A stretch of DNA of 64,000 nt from Candidatus Delongbacteria bacterium (GCA_963663545.1 OY760505.1:2560001-2624000); one strand, 5' to 3'; counted from the first letter of the stretch, positions 48,101 to 57,273 are shown. Notes: generated by a model from the sequence alone, not told the origin. A program made the numbers and translations.

Positions 48101-51100
48101 CTTTCGTGACACACAACACACTGGGACGTATTCGCTTTGCGGTGAGCAATTCCATCAACCAGTTCGTACCCCGTGCAGATATCTTCCTTTATTCGCAGGA
48201 GTACGATCCCTACACACACCGCTATCCCGTGTATCACTTGAGTGCTGACAGCACCGGTTCGGCCAGCCTGGATTCGCTTCGTTCAGGAAGCTATCGTTGG
48301 CAGGTGAGTGCCGATCAGCACAGCACAAAGACAGGACAGACCTTCCTGGAGCCTGTGCCGGGAATGATTCAGCGCGACAGTGAGTTTCAGGAGGTCAGCG
48401 TCACTCTGGATCTGGATTTGATCGACTACAACTGGATCGTGGAAGAAACAACGATCGTCGACGAGTACGAGATCACCCTTGAGGTGGACATTGATCCCAT
48501 TCCACAACAGGAAGAGCGATTGATGCCGCCTGTGCTGGTGGCTGATCCACCGGTGATTGTGGAGCAGTTCATTCACGACGACTACATCTTCGGCACTTTC
48601 CGCATTGCGAATCACGGCGATCTGACCGCCTATGGTTTTGAACTCGATCAGACAGAGCTGCTCCTGAGCGATGCCGATGGAGTCGACCGTTATCGGGTTG
48701 TAATCAATCCGCTGCCAACACTGATGACAACCGGGCTGGCGCGAAATGCATCCGCTACCATCGACTACTACGTCGAACGGCTCTACGACGATATCAATCC
48801 CCATCGTCTTCAAACGTGGATGATGGGCGATGAGAGTCGTCTTCATATGCTTGGTCACTACGATGTGGACGGGCTTCCGCAGTTCACCGAAGTCTTCGTG
48901 GACTTTGATCTGAGTACCTGGGTGCCAAATTGCTTCAGTATTCATCCGCACTACCTTGTGCGTACTACAATGCTGGGCGAAATCATCGAAGACATGACCA
49001 CAACAAGTGTGCGTGTTACAAACCGCAGCCCTTACGGCACGATGGAGTTTGAGGGTGGCCTTGGGCGATTTGTCGTCGACAAGAGCTTCGGGCCGCAAGC
49101 CATCATCGAAGGCATGATCAACGAGTTCACAGGTGGATTACTTGACCTGATGAATCTGATCAACGATGTCGTCGACATTTACACGGGGGAGTGGGATGCG
49201 ACACTGGACGCTGTTGATGTGCCAGCAGAGAGTTCCGTTGTACTACCGGTGAACTGGAGCGAAAGCGGTTGGGCACTGAATGTAGTACGCGCCTCATTCG
49301 GGTTTATGGCGGCTGGCTACCAGTGCCCCACTGACGATATGTCGCGCTTCACCATGTTGCCCATGTTCGGCGTGGATATTCTTCCTGTTGTACCACACGA
49401 TACTGGTGGCGGCTATGTCTACGTGAACTATCCCTCCTCAAGCAGCTACGGAACGGGAACCGGCAGCCCTACAGGCGGTGGCGGACACATTTCTGTTCTG
49501 CCTGGCATGCCCGGTGTTACAGAGGAAGAAGTGGAGCGTGTGCACCTGACCATTGATCAACGTCTCACGCTGGAACGCCAGGCTTTCAACGTGGCGCTTG
49601 AACTCACCAACGACACCGATTTCGAGATATCAGATTTCGCCATGAACGTGATTACACGTGATGAAGAGGGTGAGATCTTGACGGAGGACGAGACCGATCC
49701 AGAGGGGCCGCTCTTCTTCCAGAGTCCCATTCTGACGAACATCACAGGCATCGATGGAAGCGGTGTGATTCACGCTCATAGCTCAGCCGTGATACACTGG
49801 CTTGTGATACCGCGCACGCATTCCGGTGGTGAGTGCGGTATGGACTATCAGCTGCAAGGAAGCTTTTCCTTCGCGATTGCCGACACAACGCTTTCGATTT
49901 TGACGGAAGCCTCGCCGATAACGGTGAACCCGATGCCGCTGCTTGATGTGACGTACGCCCTGCCGCAGTACTTCGACGCGAGTATTCCCTTCCAGATGGC
50001 CACGGCCATCAGTAATCGTGGCTATGGCACAGCATTCAATGTCAATCTGACATCGGCCCAGCCGCAAATGGTGTGTTACAACGCTCAGGGACAGGTTGTC
50101 CCCTGTGGTAGCTACGATGTAGAGATCACCGGCGCCTGGATGGAAGGCGAGGCTGTATCACCGGAGTTGCATTTGGCATATGGCGATATCGTTCCCGACC
50201 AGACCAAGGTGGGGTACTGGGACTTCCTCTCCACATTCGACGGACGTGTCACGGATTTCAGCGCCAGCTATACACACGCTGCCGAGTTGGGTGGCGAAAG
50301 CACTAGTCTGCTGAATTCGGTCAGCGCGCACATCATGCTCAACCGAATGGATCCGGAGAATGGTGCGCATCTCATTGTGGCAGATTCCACCGATGATGGT
50401 GAGCCCGACTACGTGCTGGATCCGGACGGCGGTTTGTGGCACGATTTGCAGCGCTGCTATCCTGAGATCCTGCATGAGGCAGACTTCGATGAACCCTGGC
50501 TGAGTTTTGCTCTGGACTGCGACGAGGGCTGGAGCTGGTTCAAGGTGACAGATCCATTCGATGGCAGCATGCGCATTGTCGATGTCTACACTTCAGATGG
50601 CGAGCACATTCCCTTCAATCGCTACTGGCTGCGCGAGGGCGAGATCTTCTTTGTGGATCTGGTTGAGCCAGGGACCGTTTACACCATCGACTTTGGACCG
50701 CCGGTAGCACCGGATCTATCGCTGCCGCGCGCTTACAGTAACTGGCAGCCGCAGTATCCGCTGGAGACAGATTCCCTCAGCCTGAGTTTGGGTGTCTACA
50801 ACGCTGGCGAGCAGGACACTGATGGTCGCTTGCTGGACCTCTTCCTGGTGATTGACGGCGATAGTACGCGTCTGCGTCACTTGATCGTGCCCCCTGTTCC
50901 GGCGCGCAACCGGCAGAACTTGATCGTGCCGCTGGCGGCTAGCGAGTTGCAGCGAGGCTTCAATCGCCTCGTTGCCTGGCTCGATCCAAGTGAGCTGCGA
51001 CCGGATGACAACCGCAGCAACAATCTGTTGGCGCTGGATGTTTTCATCAATACAAAGCCGCTGCTAGAGTCCATTCCCGAACAAGTGTGTTACGAGGATA

Positions 51101-53391
51101 GCCTGCTGCTACTCGACTTGTCCTCCTTCATGCGCGACAGTACGCACGCTGTTGAAAGTCTCAGCCTGAGCATTGAGCAGGTCTATGCTTACGGTGATAC
51201 ACTGAACGTCTACGAAGATGAAGAGGCGCTTTGCAGCAACTTCAACCCATTCGTATCACGAACAGGTGGATCACAGACCTTGAAAGCCTCTGAACGATCC
51301 ACCACCGATGATCGCGCACAGGTTGTGCGCCTGCGGCGTAGCTCTACCAGTGGTGATCTTGATGTGATTGAGTCCGCACTTGTTGGCCGTCAACCACTTC
51401 GCAACGCGGAGTGGGAAGTGAGTACTGTTGGCAGCCGTCTCAGCCTCAAGGCGCCGGAGAACTGGTTCGGCGAGAGTCTGTTCAGTGTAGCGGCTTACGA
51501 TACCTGCGATGCAAGTAGTGATCCCGTCAACGTGTCACATACTGTGCTTCCGGTGAATGACGCACCGGTGTTGTGGGTACATGAAATCACCATGATCGAG
51601 GACGATAGTCTGAGTCTGCCCTTCCACGATTTTGTGCGTGATGCAGACGATGTAGACAGTTTATTGCGGGTGAGTTTTGAGTTTCTAATTGAGGAGCTCG
51701 AAGAGGAAACACGCTCCGTTAACGGCGGAAGTGTTGCGAGCGCAAACAAGACAGGGCTGGATTCACGCGAGGATCTCCCCGTTTACCTGCAGATTGTCGA
51801 TGGCACTTTTAGCCTAAGCACTGCCGACAACTATTGGGTGGATTCCCTGGCTGTTCTGGTTGAGATCTGTGATCCATCGGTTTGTGTGCAGGACACTCTC
51901 GTGATCCACATCACACCGGTCAACGATTCACCTCAAATGTTGAGGGCACTTGATGTGCTACTACTCGAGGAAGATGCGCCAACAGTTTGCATGCCAATGT
52001 CCAACTACTTCTATGATGCCGATGGGGATACACTGCACTACAATCTGACCTGGACGGAGCCTGCTCCTGCAAGCGCTGAAATGGAGCTGGATACCCTACG
52101 TATTACACCGCTTCCGGATGGGTTTGGTACGGGGCTGCTTACAGTGACCGTCAATGATGATCTCTGCATGTTAAGCGACAGTCTCCGACTGGTTGTCACA
52201 CCGGTCAACGATGCACCCTATCTACGTCATCCTCTGGCGGATGTGGAGTGGCAAGCCGGGGAGAGCGGACTCTTGATCCCGCGTCTCGAATCACATTTTG
52301 CCGATGTGGATGAAGATCCCTTGTATTACACGGTCACAGTAACACCGACCCTCGCCTTGGACAGTTTGGTGCTGCACGGCAACTTGCTCAGCGACAGAGA
52401 TCTGCTCACGCTGCCTATGCCGGAGCAAGATGAACAACAGCGACAAGTCACTGTGATGCAAACGCGATCTGAAACTTCGCGCAGCAGTTTACCGGAGATG
52501 CAAGCCGAAGCCGATGGACGACAGTCCTTGCGTGCAGTAGCAATGTCAGAGAAAGAGCTCCTTTCACCAATGATGAGCTACGCAACGTCAACGCCTGTGC
52601 GGGCTGCGAGTGACACAACCTCACTCTGGATCTATCCGCGTGCGGGTTATGCCGGAAGTATTGAGCTGCAGGTAAGGGCTTATGATCCTGCTTGGCTGAG
52701 TGCAGTGGATACCATGGTAGTGGAGATCGCTGGTAGTGCGGGACCCGCATACTCCATTGTGTCACCGGATACGGTCTATGCGGCTGTTGGCGAAAGCGTT
52801 GAGTTCAGTGTAGGAGTTGCCAATCTGTTGCAACGGCCCTTGGAATTGATAGACCGTGCGTTGGATCTCGAAGAGGTCTTCTCGTTGGTCAATGCACCCA
52901 TTGGAGAAATCGCAGTGGGTGATACAGCCCGCTTGGTGCTGCGCTATCAGCCCTTGGAATGGGGCTTCCATCAGGATGTGTTACAGCTTGAGTTGGATGC
53001 GGATCCGCCCATCTATGATCTCGTTCTGCGCGGTGTAGCCCGTATGGCCATGCCGGAAGTCCAAGGTTTGACTATTCGACCAAGCAGTCACAGTGGAGTC
53101 CGGCTCGAATGGTCTCCGTTGACGGAGATGCCGGATGGCTCACCGGTGGAGGTTGCAGGATATCGCATTGAAGTTGCCGATGATCCCTGGGTTGGCGACT
53201 ACGATTGGATGGATCTCGCCTTTACCAGCGGCACCTATTTCACCCACTACGGCATTGCTCAATCTGGTGTGAGGCGCTTTTATCGGGTTGTCGCTGTGAT
53301 ACAGGACGCCGTGCTTTCCGGTAGTAAGAGTGGCGAATCAGAGTTGCGTGATACGCGCTCGGCAGGAGCTGATCTGGAGCGCGCAAAATGA
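42121..53391 (+). CDS. Giant secreted multi-Ig protein (2x 'ELPP.PP' domain, FN3, CARDB, Ig-like, cadherin-like)
   Basis: 3756 aa, signal peptide; CARDB-like LDPEQRIIESNEEDN, D.TPP Ig repeats, PVND.P cadherin-like repeats, C-terminal FN3-like ...RRFYRVVAV. Confidence 0.85.
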   Translation: MSTRVILLLTLMLVGNAVADSWRCTLGVIPGAGAERQIVFGVDPAATDGLDPELGELNLPPWPPQDEFDVRFQRSGLEGLLLDLRADDATSKTYTIRWQAGEQGLPLTLNWDRSSLPDARMRLRDPYGGAVFSEVDLFEQDHLVLNNRALDRVFLVVSPGLQNTDPPRIELPEYQAVYQGQRFAPVHLAEKVLDPDNNPDEISWMILPTPPLSVTQTAGIAAVTYPESWLGEANVRFIAADPEQNRDTLDCVYHVSAGGVSGWTLPLSICSHSGQSSVLRAGLQSSASDELDLALGEAELPPVPPSGVFDARFLLPDGTATLTDFRQALMQETVWTLHIQADTGGWPIVIRWSQPLPPGSFLLEDGLGGVVFASCDLATCDSLLLQEYGLDQIQLRVQPVLDVTPPTVPGELRVIQAWADSCRLSWLPSYDENFHYYEIVGAVGWFDSNPTFVFDHHDAAELATMSSCEVVLPWGLDQDAFFRARAWDSFGNVSEKSNIISVSHPPDVFELLNPPNLMDVSRRFPGEMIPLLFEWEATVDPDDGDTVSYTFELAQSPSFAGSQRFALGDATQYSWSSLPLEDGDWYWRVHARDPYFNTRTSATRRFQYLLDSTYICKISAFTQDTILLSDTGYSFGRICGDTQGLDSILVKAHSWQTPTGTRAGSKVVPRWFEVEAWPETATPDFTLELSYLQSEMETSGIVTEISLIPHFRSGLYWYPGEGGVTPVENLVWLATPLAHKRWSLASSIEATISPGFNLRFGQEPQLTTVTPSERDSLCVTFSISNTGLTGLSNIAWRATRTSNAALCEGTLTDFLAPGATQQVQVLLDANPTSGEQCWHFELDPEQRIIESNEEDNSAELCVTVLTRAEPMLVSMILSDTLLAPGDPLDVSLLIRNTGEESLSGVEYALEALDSEGHSFLVACGAFDINGSSQQTLLLSYTPEGAPGMHYLTASLDPQNILSWEDADNNTAAASLRTRQPGLAISWSAPTTLAIGEIDNFRVRVTNTTEIPLGETSLSLGLPANLELVGSSPEATSESTWSYAQMLGGVTETVILQLRAPEGLGLEGQVVSLLAEGHALSAGESNSLAASSEHVVELGEDTRPPLLSLDVSNSHLSALDVVLTLSANEALATSPRILLTQLGDTLYLQEMTGNAASWTSTMTPDPDWAAGNCQLSVSAQDLRGNSASVERTLVVDHTPPYLVGSVPVWINHDSFRVTLTPNEELRDTPVVVFNTDTDTIATTLRRSGSSWQIDARLPESSVAEWAVLRVSAVDLAGNSGVRCDTLRTDFIAPELTHNLPGVVAPGMVEVLIQCNETLAAAPTFTAHDAAGRLLSQQGPYALGGNYKIFLLIPTNITSGTIQVNCSGSDLAGNTGSFAHQIACDVSGPELTLSVDPEWPTGEFVLRVRASEPLQASPELILTSARPGYTLPAPEAQFVDGAYEYWFSEGSLAKVEVLARDTLGLCGTTKRTWLDIAMPAQGFLFSDLPDGSQDVTVEVPVQNNCGVPVQEACLLVFNGSADTTHFLGDTVRVSIPAWSTVYAEVNWPRERQGDDYRLLAWLNKDEELPETSYLNNLRTFQRMLLQTQSLASSWQLGVDSVAIVQLSVYSGMSGNAATQDEFFAWADLQDSSGVILADSVQLAAVSGQWFFPMPMETIPAAGSYDCVIHVDDYSGLPALKDTVALRVIDPIDLVVYTDTLQYHRGEDVQIQGRLLCADTSLVQGVAVSLRISSSGGTRTLSATTDATGNFSEVFSPYSSEAGDYTLRASATPAGVSLVRQTSFNMYGLLLAPSQVSVRLSRNSEQNGEIILRNIGTRTIHGLSCALGDTLPAEGLELLLGACPDSLRGGQVARIPVQVIASPGDPVSVTTNIRIESDEEETENGTLTITAEEARPSIHASASNTEVVLIPGQSVLRQVYFVNSGLQAAFSPEIETPQISFLQVFAPNGVPAELGIGDTLLVNLLFAPDSLADEGLHSGYLRFKCQNHAAVSSGVSAFVTHNTLGRIRFAVSNSINQFVPRADIFLYSQEYDPYTHRYPVYHLSADSTGSASLDSLRSGSYRWQVSADQHSTKTGQTFLEPVPGMIQRDSEFQEVSVTLDLDLIDYNWIVEETTIVDEYEITLEVDIDPIPQQEERLMPPVLVADPPVIVEQFIHDDYIFGTFRIANHGDLTAYGFELDQTELLLSDADGVDRYRVVINPLPTLMTTGLARNASATIDYYVERLYDDINPHRLQTWMMGDESRLHMLGHYDVDGLPQFTEVFVDFDLSTWVPNCFSIHPHYLVRTTMLGEIIEDMTTTSVRVTNRSPYGTMEFEGGLGRFVVDKSFGPQAIIEGMINEFTGGLLDLMNLINDVVDIYTGEWDATLDAVDVPAESSVVLPVNWSESGWALNVVRASFGFMAAGYQCPTDDMSRFTMLPMFGVDILPVVPHDTGGGYVYVNYPSSSSYGTGTGSPTGGGGHISVLPGMPGVTEEEVERVHLTIDQRLTLERQAFNVALELTNDTDFEISDFAMNVITRDEEGEILTEDETDPEGPLFFQSPILTNITGIDGSGVIHAHSSAVIHWLVIPRTHSGGECGMDYQLQGSFSFAIADTTLSILTEASPITVNPMPLLDVTYALPQYFDASIPFQMATAISNRGYGTAFNVNLTSAQPQMVCYNAQGQVVPCGSYDVEITGAWMEGEAVSPELHLAYGDIVPDQTKVGYWDFLSTFDGRVTDFSASYTHAAELGGESTSLLNSVSAHIMLNRMDPENGAHLIVADSTDDGEPDYVLDPDGGLWHDLQRCYPEILHEADFDEPWLSFALDCDEGWSWFKVTDPFDGSMRIVDVYTSDGEHIPFNRYWLREGEIFFVDLVEPGTVYTIDFGPPVAPDLSLPRAYSNWQPQYPLETDSLSLSLGVYNAGEQDTDGRLLDLFLVIDGDSTRLRHLIVPPVPARNRQNLIVPLAASELQRGFNRLVAWLDPSELRPDDNRSNNLLALDVFINTKPLLESIPEQVCYEDSLLLLDLSSFMRDSTHAVESLSLSIEQVYAYGDTLNVYEDEEALCSNFNPFVSRTGGSQTLKASERSTTDDRAQVVRLRRSSTSGDLDVIESALVGRQPLRNAEWEVSTVGSRLSLKAPENWFGESLFSVAAYDTCDASSDPVNVSHTVLPVNDAPVLWVHEITMIEDDSLSLPFHDFVRDADDVDSLLRVSFEFLIEELEEETRSVNGGSVASANKTGLDSREDLPVYLQIVDGTFSLSTADNYWVDSLAVLVEICDPSVCVQDTLVIHITPVNDSPQMLRALDVLLLEEDAPTVCMPMSNYFYDADGDTLHYNLTWTEPAPASAEMELDTLRITPLPDGFGTGLLTVTVNDDLCMLSDSLRLVVTPVNDAPYLRHPLADVEWQAGESGLLIPRLESHFADVDEDPLYYTVTVTPTLALDSLVLHGNLLSDRDLLTLPMPEQDEQQRQVTVMQTRSETSRSSLPEMQAEADGRQSLRAVAMSEKELLSPMMSYATSTPVRAASDTTSLWIYPRAGYAGSIELQVRAYDPAWLSAVDTMVVEIAGSAGPAYSIVSPDTVYAAVGESVEFSVGVANLLQRPLELIDRALDLEEVFSLVNAPIGEIAVGDTARLVLRYQPLEWGFHQDVLQLELDADPPIYDLVLRGVARMAMPEVQGLTIRPSSHSGVRLEWSPLTEMPDGSPVEVAGYRIEVADDPWVGDYDWMDLAFTSGTYFTHYGIAQSGVRRFYRVVAVIQDAVLSGSKSGESELRDTRSAGADLERAK

Positions 53392-54110
53392 TGTTCAGGT
53401 ATGCGCTTCTCTCACTTTTGCTTGCAGCAACTCTCAGGGCCGCATGGGTGGTGGAGCTGAGTGTATGCAACGCTGCTTCCGAGTGTCAAACCCTGATGGC
53501 AGGTGTGAATCCAATGGCCACAGAAGGGTTGGACCCGGATTTAGGTGAAAGCAATCTGCCGCCTTGGCCACCCACGAGTGCTTTTCACGCACGACTATTG
53601 CCCGATGGTCTGGAGGGCTTGCTCCTTGACCTGCGCCCAGAACAGTCTGGCAGCATCGAATATCTGTTCGGCTGGCAGACGGGAAGTGCAGGCGGGCCAG
53701 TGATCATTAGTTGGGAGCCAGAGTCCTTGCCCGCTGACGTCGACTTGTACCTGCAGGATCCGTGGGGTGGAAGCATTGTTCCCCGGACAGACCTTCGTGA
53801 TACAAATCAAGTCAGCATTAGTCTTTCAGCACTGCGACGATTGGTGTTCTACGCTGTTCTGCCGGACAGACCGTGCGCGGTTTCAGACCTGCATGCAAGA
53901 GTTTCTGCACCGGACGCTGTTCTGCTGGAGTGGACGCCGGTGACACAAAGCGTTGGTGGCAATGCCATGGACGGACTGATCTATGAAATCTGGGCACGTG
54001 ATCCACGGCAGTTGCTTGCTACTACAACTCAGGCGGCTTACACTCTGTGGTTGGAGCCTACGCTTCCATCGCGTGCTACACTGGAAGTGATTGTAAGGAC
54101 GGAAGAATAA
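53388..54110 (+). CDS. Secreted protein: single 'ELPP.PP' domain plus FN3-like domain
   Basis: Signal peptide; ATEGLDPDLGESNLPPWPP...GLEGLLLDLR closely matches the N-terminal domain of 42121; ATGA coupling. Confidence 0.8.
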   Translation: MMFRYALLSLLLAATLRAAWVVELSVCNAASECQTLMAGVNPMATEGLDPDLGESNLPPWPPTSAFHARLLPDGLEGLLLDLRPEQSGSIEYLFGWQTGSAGGPVIISWEPESLPADVDLYLQDPWGGSIVPRTDLRDTNQVSISLSALRRLVFYAVLPDRPCAVSDLHARVSAPDAVLLEWTPVTQSVGGNAMDGLIYEIWARDPRQLLATTTQAAYTLWLEPTLPSRATLEVIVRTEE

Positions 54111-54133
54111 TCTTTGCACGACTCATCGTGTGT

Positions 54134-54159
54134 AACAGCCCGGCTTTGGCCGGGCTGTT
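54134..54159 (+). terminator. Hairpin terminator
   Basis: AACAGCCCGGC-tttg-GCCGGGCTGTT perfect 11-bp stem after the operon. Confidence 0.7.
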
Positions 54160-54236
54160 GCGTTGAAAGTGCATCGTGACACAGCGCTGTGCGTGGAATA
54201 TTCTACTTTGAATCAGGAGTGGAGTCTGGAGGGAGT

Positions 54237-54644
54237 ATGCGACCCGTAAGAGCTCGCAGAACACATCGAAGTCCGCAACAGCGTGTGATCATCCTTGGTC
54301 TGGCTTTGGTCATGACTCTTTTCTCGCTACTGGCTGTGGACTTCTACGCTCAGCAGAATCCCGTTGAGGACAGCGCGGCCGATCATGCGCTCTTCGCACT
54401 GCTGCCAGCAGGTAGCGCGGGAAAGGTCGTGCATGGTCCCTTGATGGCGGGCCTGGTTCAGGGTGAGGAAGTGATGCGCGACAGTTTGCGGGCGCAACGG
54501 GAACTAGTGCAACGGGGGCACGATCCTCGAAAGATGCAGGTCTTTCTATTGGCTGGTGATAGTAGACGAGATTCTGCGGAGGGCCATTGCCTCCGACCCT
54601 TGCGTGTGATACGCGCCGTGAATCAGGTCGTGTTGGAGAAGTAG
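54237..54644 (+). CDS. Hypothetical single-pass membrane protein
   Basis: SD GGAGGGAG, ATG 54237; basic N-terminus followed by TM VIILGLALVMTLFSLLAV. Confidence 0.55.
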   Translation: MRPVRARRTHRSPQQRVIILGLALVMTLFSLLAVDFYAQQNPVEDSAADHALFALLPAGSAGKVVHGPLMAGLVQGEEVMRDSLRAQRELVQRGHDPRKMQVFLLAGDSRRDSAEGHCLRPLRVIRAVNQVVLEK

Positions 54645-54648
54645 ACGT

Positions 54649-55680
54649 TTACTTCAGTAGCCGAATTCCCGGTACTGACTCGAATTCGCCGATCAAGTGC
54701 ACAGGCACGCCCAGCTCTCGTGCAGCAGTCTCATACGTGTCACAGGATTCCTCGGGGATGGCCACCAGCATACCACCGGAAGTCTGAGGATCGCTCAGGA
54801 TCAGCTCTAAGTCCAGATCAGGCTCCCCTTGTGTCACAAGATGATGGATGAAGGTCTGCCTGTTGCGATAAGTGCCTGCAGGAATGAGTCCCATACTCAT
54901 CGCTTCAGTAACACCAGGGAGGATGGGAAGGGCTGCAATCCTGAGTGTCACACCAATCTGCTCATCGAGCATTTCGCTCAAGTGCCCAAGCAGGCCAAAG
55001 CCTGTCACATCGGTCATGGCGTGCACGCCTGCTCGCAATGCGGCACGTGAGGCATCACGGTTTAGCGTGGACATGGAAGCGGTCATGATCTCCAAATGAG
55101 CCGGATCAATAAGGTCACCCTTGGCTGCTGTAGCCAGAATGCCGGTGCCGATGGACTTGCTCAGGTAGAGCCGGTCGCCGGGTTTTGCTCCACGGTTCCG
55201 CACGAGTTTGGCCGGGTCAATCAGACCGATGACGGCCATGCCGTACTTGGGCTCTTTGTCTTCGATGGTGTGGCCGCCAACAATGGGACAACCCGCTTCG
55301 CGAGCGCTATGATCGCCACCAGCCAGCACGTCGCCCAGCAGGTCGATGGAAACACAATCGGGCCAGCAGACAAGGTTCAGCGCCGCCAAGGGAGTGCCGC
55401 CCATCGCCCAGACATCGCTCAGGCTGTTGGCGGCAGCAATCCGTCCGTAGTCAAAGGCATCGTCGACCACCGGCGTGATAAAATCTACAGTGAAGACAAT
55501 GGCATAGCCTTCCGTGATACTCAGCACAGCAGCGTCGTCCATCGTCTCCGGTCCCACCAGCACAGCGGGTGAGCTGCGCACGCCAAGGCGTGAGACTATT
55601 TTCTGCAGATCCGCCGGATCCAGTTTGGCTGCTCAACCACTGGCGGAGGTCATCTGCGTGAGACGCACACGCTCGACCAT
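54649..55680 (-). CDS. selD: Selenide,water dikinase, selenoprotein (Sec at codon 16)
   Basis: ATG 55680 after GGGAG; MVERVRLTQMTSASG-TGA(55633-55635)-AAKL continues in frame into DDAAV, TVDFITP, AANSLSDVWAMGG, GGHT, TDVTGFGLLGH, DPQTSGG. Confidence 0.93.
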
Positions 55681-55695
55681 ATTGTCTCCCTTGAC

Positions 55696-56823
55696 TTATC
55701 TCTTCACAATATCGGCAACCGCATCGATGGCTGCTCGCATCTCGTCTGGCGTGTTGGCAAAACCGGGAGCAAAGCGAACGCTGCCTTCCGGGGCTGTCCC
55801 AAGGTGGCGGTGAGCGGCTGGCGCGCAGTGCAGCCCGGGGCGGCAAAGGATTCCATGACGCTCTTCCAGAGCCAGCGCCAGCTCGTCCACTGACCTGCCG
55901 TCAACGGTGAAACTGAGGCAGAGCACTTCCTCATCCGGCGGCGATTGCAACCGAAGACCAGGTAGCGTTTGCAAACCTGCGCGCAGTATCGCACACAGGT
56001 CGCGCTTGCGTGATGCAAGCAATCCGCGCTCATCCAGGTCCTCCAGACAGGCATTCGCTGCTACTATGCCGTGCAAATTCAAGGTGCCAGCCTCGTAGCG
56101 GTCCGGTCTGAATTGCGGCTGTTCTTCGTGCTCGCTGGCACTGCCCGTGCCGCCGTCCATCAAGGGAGGAAGATCGTGCCGCGGATGAATGTAGCACGCA
56201 CCTAGTCCAGTCGGCCCCAGTAGTCCTTTGTGCAGTGAGCATGCGAGAAAATCTGCCTGCAACTCTTCCACATCAATGTCAAGCACACCCGCGCTCTGCG
56301 CGGCGTCGATCAGCAGCGGCACTTCGGGAAAAGCGGCCCGAATGCTGAGCAACTCCTGTGTCACGCCATTCACATTGCTCACGTGACACACCACCATCAG
56401 ATCGGGACGGTCTGCCTCCAGCATCTTGGCAGCTTGCTGCGGATTCACACGGCCAAAGGTGTCGGCGGGCAGAGTGGAGATACGCAGTTTGCGTTCCTGC
56501 TGCAGACGACGCAGGGGTCGCATGACGGCGTTGTGTTCCAGCGGGCTGACGGCAACATGCATGCCCTCGTGTAAAAATCCTCGCAACACGAGATTGATCG
56601 CCTCTGTGCTACCACGTGTGAACACCAGGTCGCGTGAATCCCTGATGTTGAACAGCGAAGCCAAACGACTGCGACAGTGATACACCTGACGGGCTGCATC
56701 AATGGAGGCGCGATGTCCGCTTCGTCCAGAGTTGGCCAGCGGCTGCTCCAATACTCGAGCAATCACCGCACTTACGCCGGGCGGTTTGGGCCAGCTGGTG
56801 GCGGCGTGATCCAGGTAGATCAT
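55696..56823 (-). CDS. Class V aminotransferase: cysteine desulfurase / selenocysteine lyase
   Basis: Start ATG 56823; IYLDHAATSWPKP, EHNAV.RP, DAAQSAG, HKGLLGPTG, GGTGS, PDRYEAGT, RPGLHCAP. Confidence 0.9.
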   Translation of the reverse strand: MIYLDHAATSWPKPPGVSAVIARVLEQPLANSGRSGHRASIDAARQVYHCRSRLASLFNIRDSRDLVFTRGSTEAINLVLRGFLHEGMHVAVSPLEHNAVMRPLRRLQQERKLRISTLPADTFGRVNPQQAAKMLEADRPDLMVVCHVSNVNGVTQELLSIRAAFPEVPLLIDAAQSAGVLDIDVEELQADFLACSLHKGLLGPTGLGACYIHPRHDLPPLMDGGTGSASEHEEQPQFRPDRYEAGTLNLHGIVAANACLEDLDERGLLASRKRDLCAILRAGLQTLPGLRLQSPPDEEVLCLSFTVDGRSVDELALALEERHGILCRPGLHCAPAAHRHLGTAPEGSVRFAPGFANTPDEMRAAIDAVADIVKR

Positions 56824-56830
56824 GATTGTA

Positions 56831-57058
56831 TCACAGGACATGCAGACCGCCGTGCTCGATGACCGCGCCTTCCAGCAGCAACTCCACTTCTGTCCTGTCC
56901 TTCCAATTGAACCGGAGTGCACTGCCGCAATCGGAAGAAAACTGGCGTGGAACAGGGATCGGCCTGCAGTCCACGCCTGCACCCTTCAGCAGACGCTCCA
57001 GTACGAACACGTCGTGCATTGAGTGAAGTAGCACGACACCTTGTGTCACGGCTTCCAT
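56831..57058 (-). CDS. DUF3343 family protein
   Basis: H.M..E..LK...RPIPVPRQFSSDCGSAL, typical of the family and of its selenium-cluster context. Confidence 0.8.
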   Translation of the reverse strand: MEAVTQGVVLLHSMHDVFVLERLLKGAGVDCRPIPVPRQFSSDCGSALRFNWKDRTEVELLLEGAVIEHGGLHVL

Positions 57059-57273
57059 CAGCGCTGCAGAATCAAGTGCCAGCAGTCTTCGTGCAGATCA
57101 CGACTGACGATCTTCCACCCTTGGGATTGAGCCATGCGTGATACATTCTCCACGCTGGTCATCGTATCCACGAGCACTTCCACTACATCACTTTCACCTG
57201 CTAGCAGAGCTTCACGTGTGCGTAACACGGGCTCGGGACAGGCCAGGCCTCTTGCGTCTACGGTTGTGTTCAT
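57058..57273 (-). CDS. TusA/SirA/YedF-like sulfur/selenium carrier
   Basis: VDARGLACPEPVL..., EVLVD...SVENV.R.A...GW. Confidence 0.88.
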   Translation of the reverse strand: MNTTVDARGLACPEPVLRTREALLAGESDVVEVLVDTMTSVENVSRMAQSQGWKIVSRDLHEDCWHLILQR

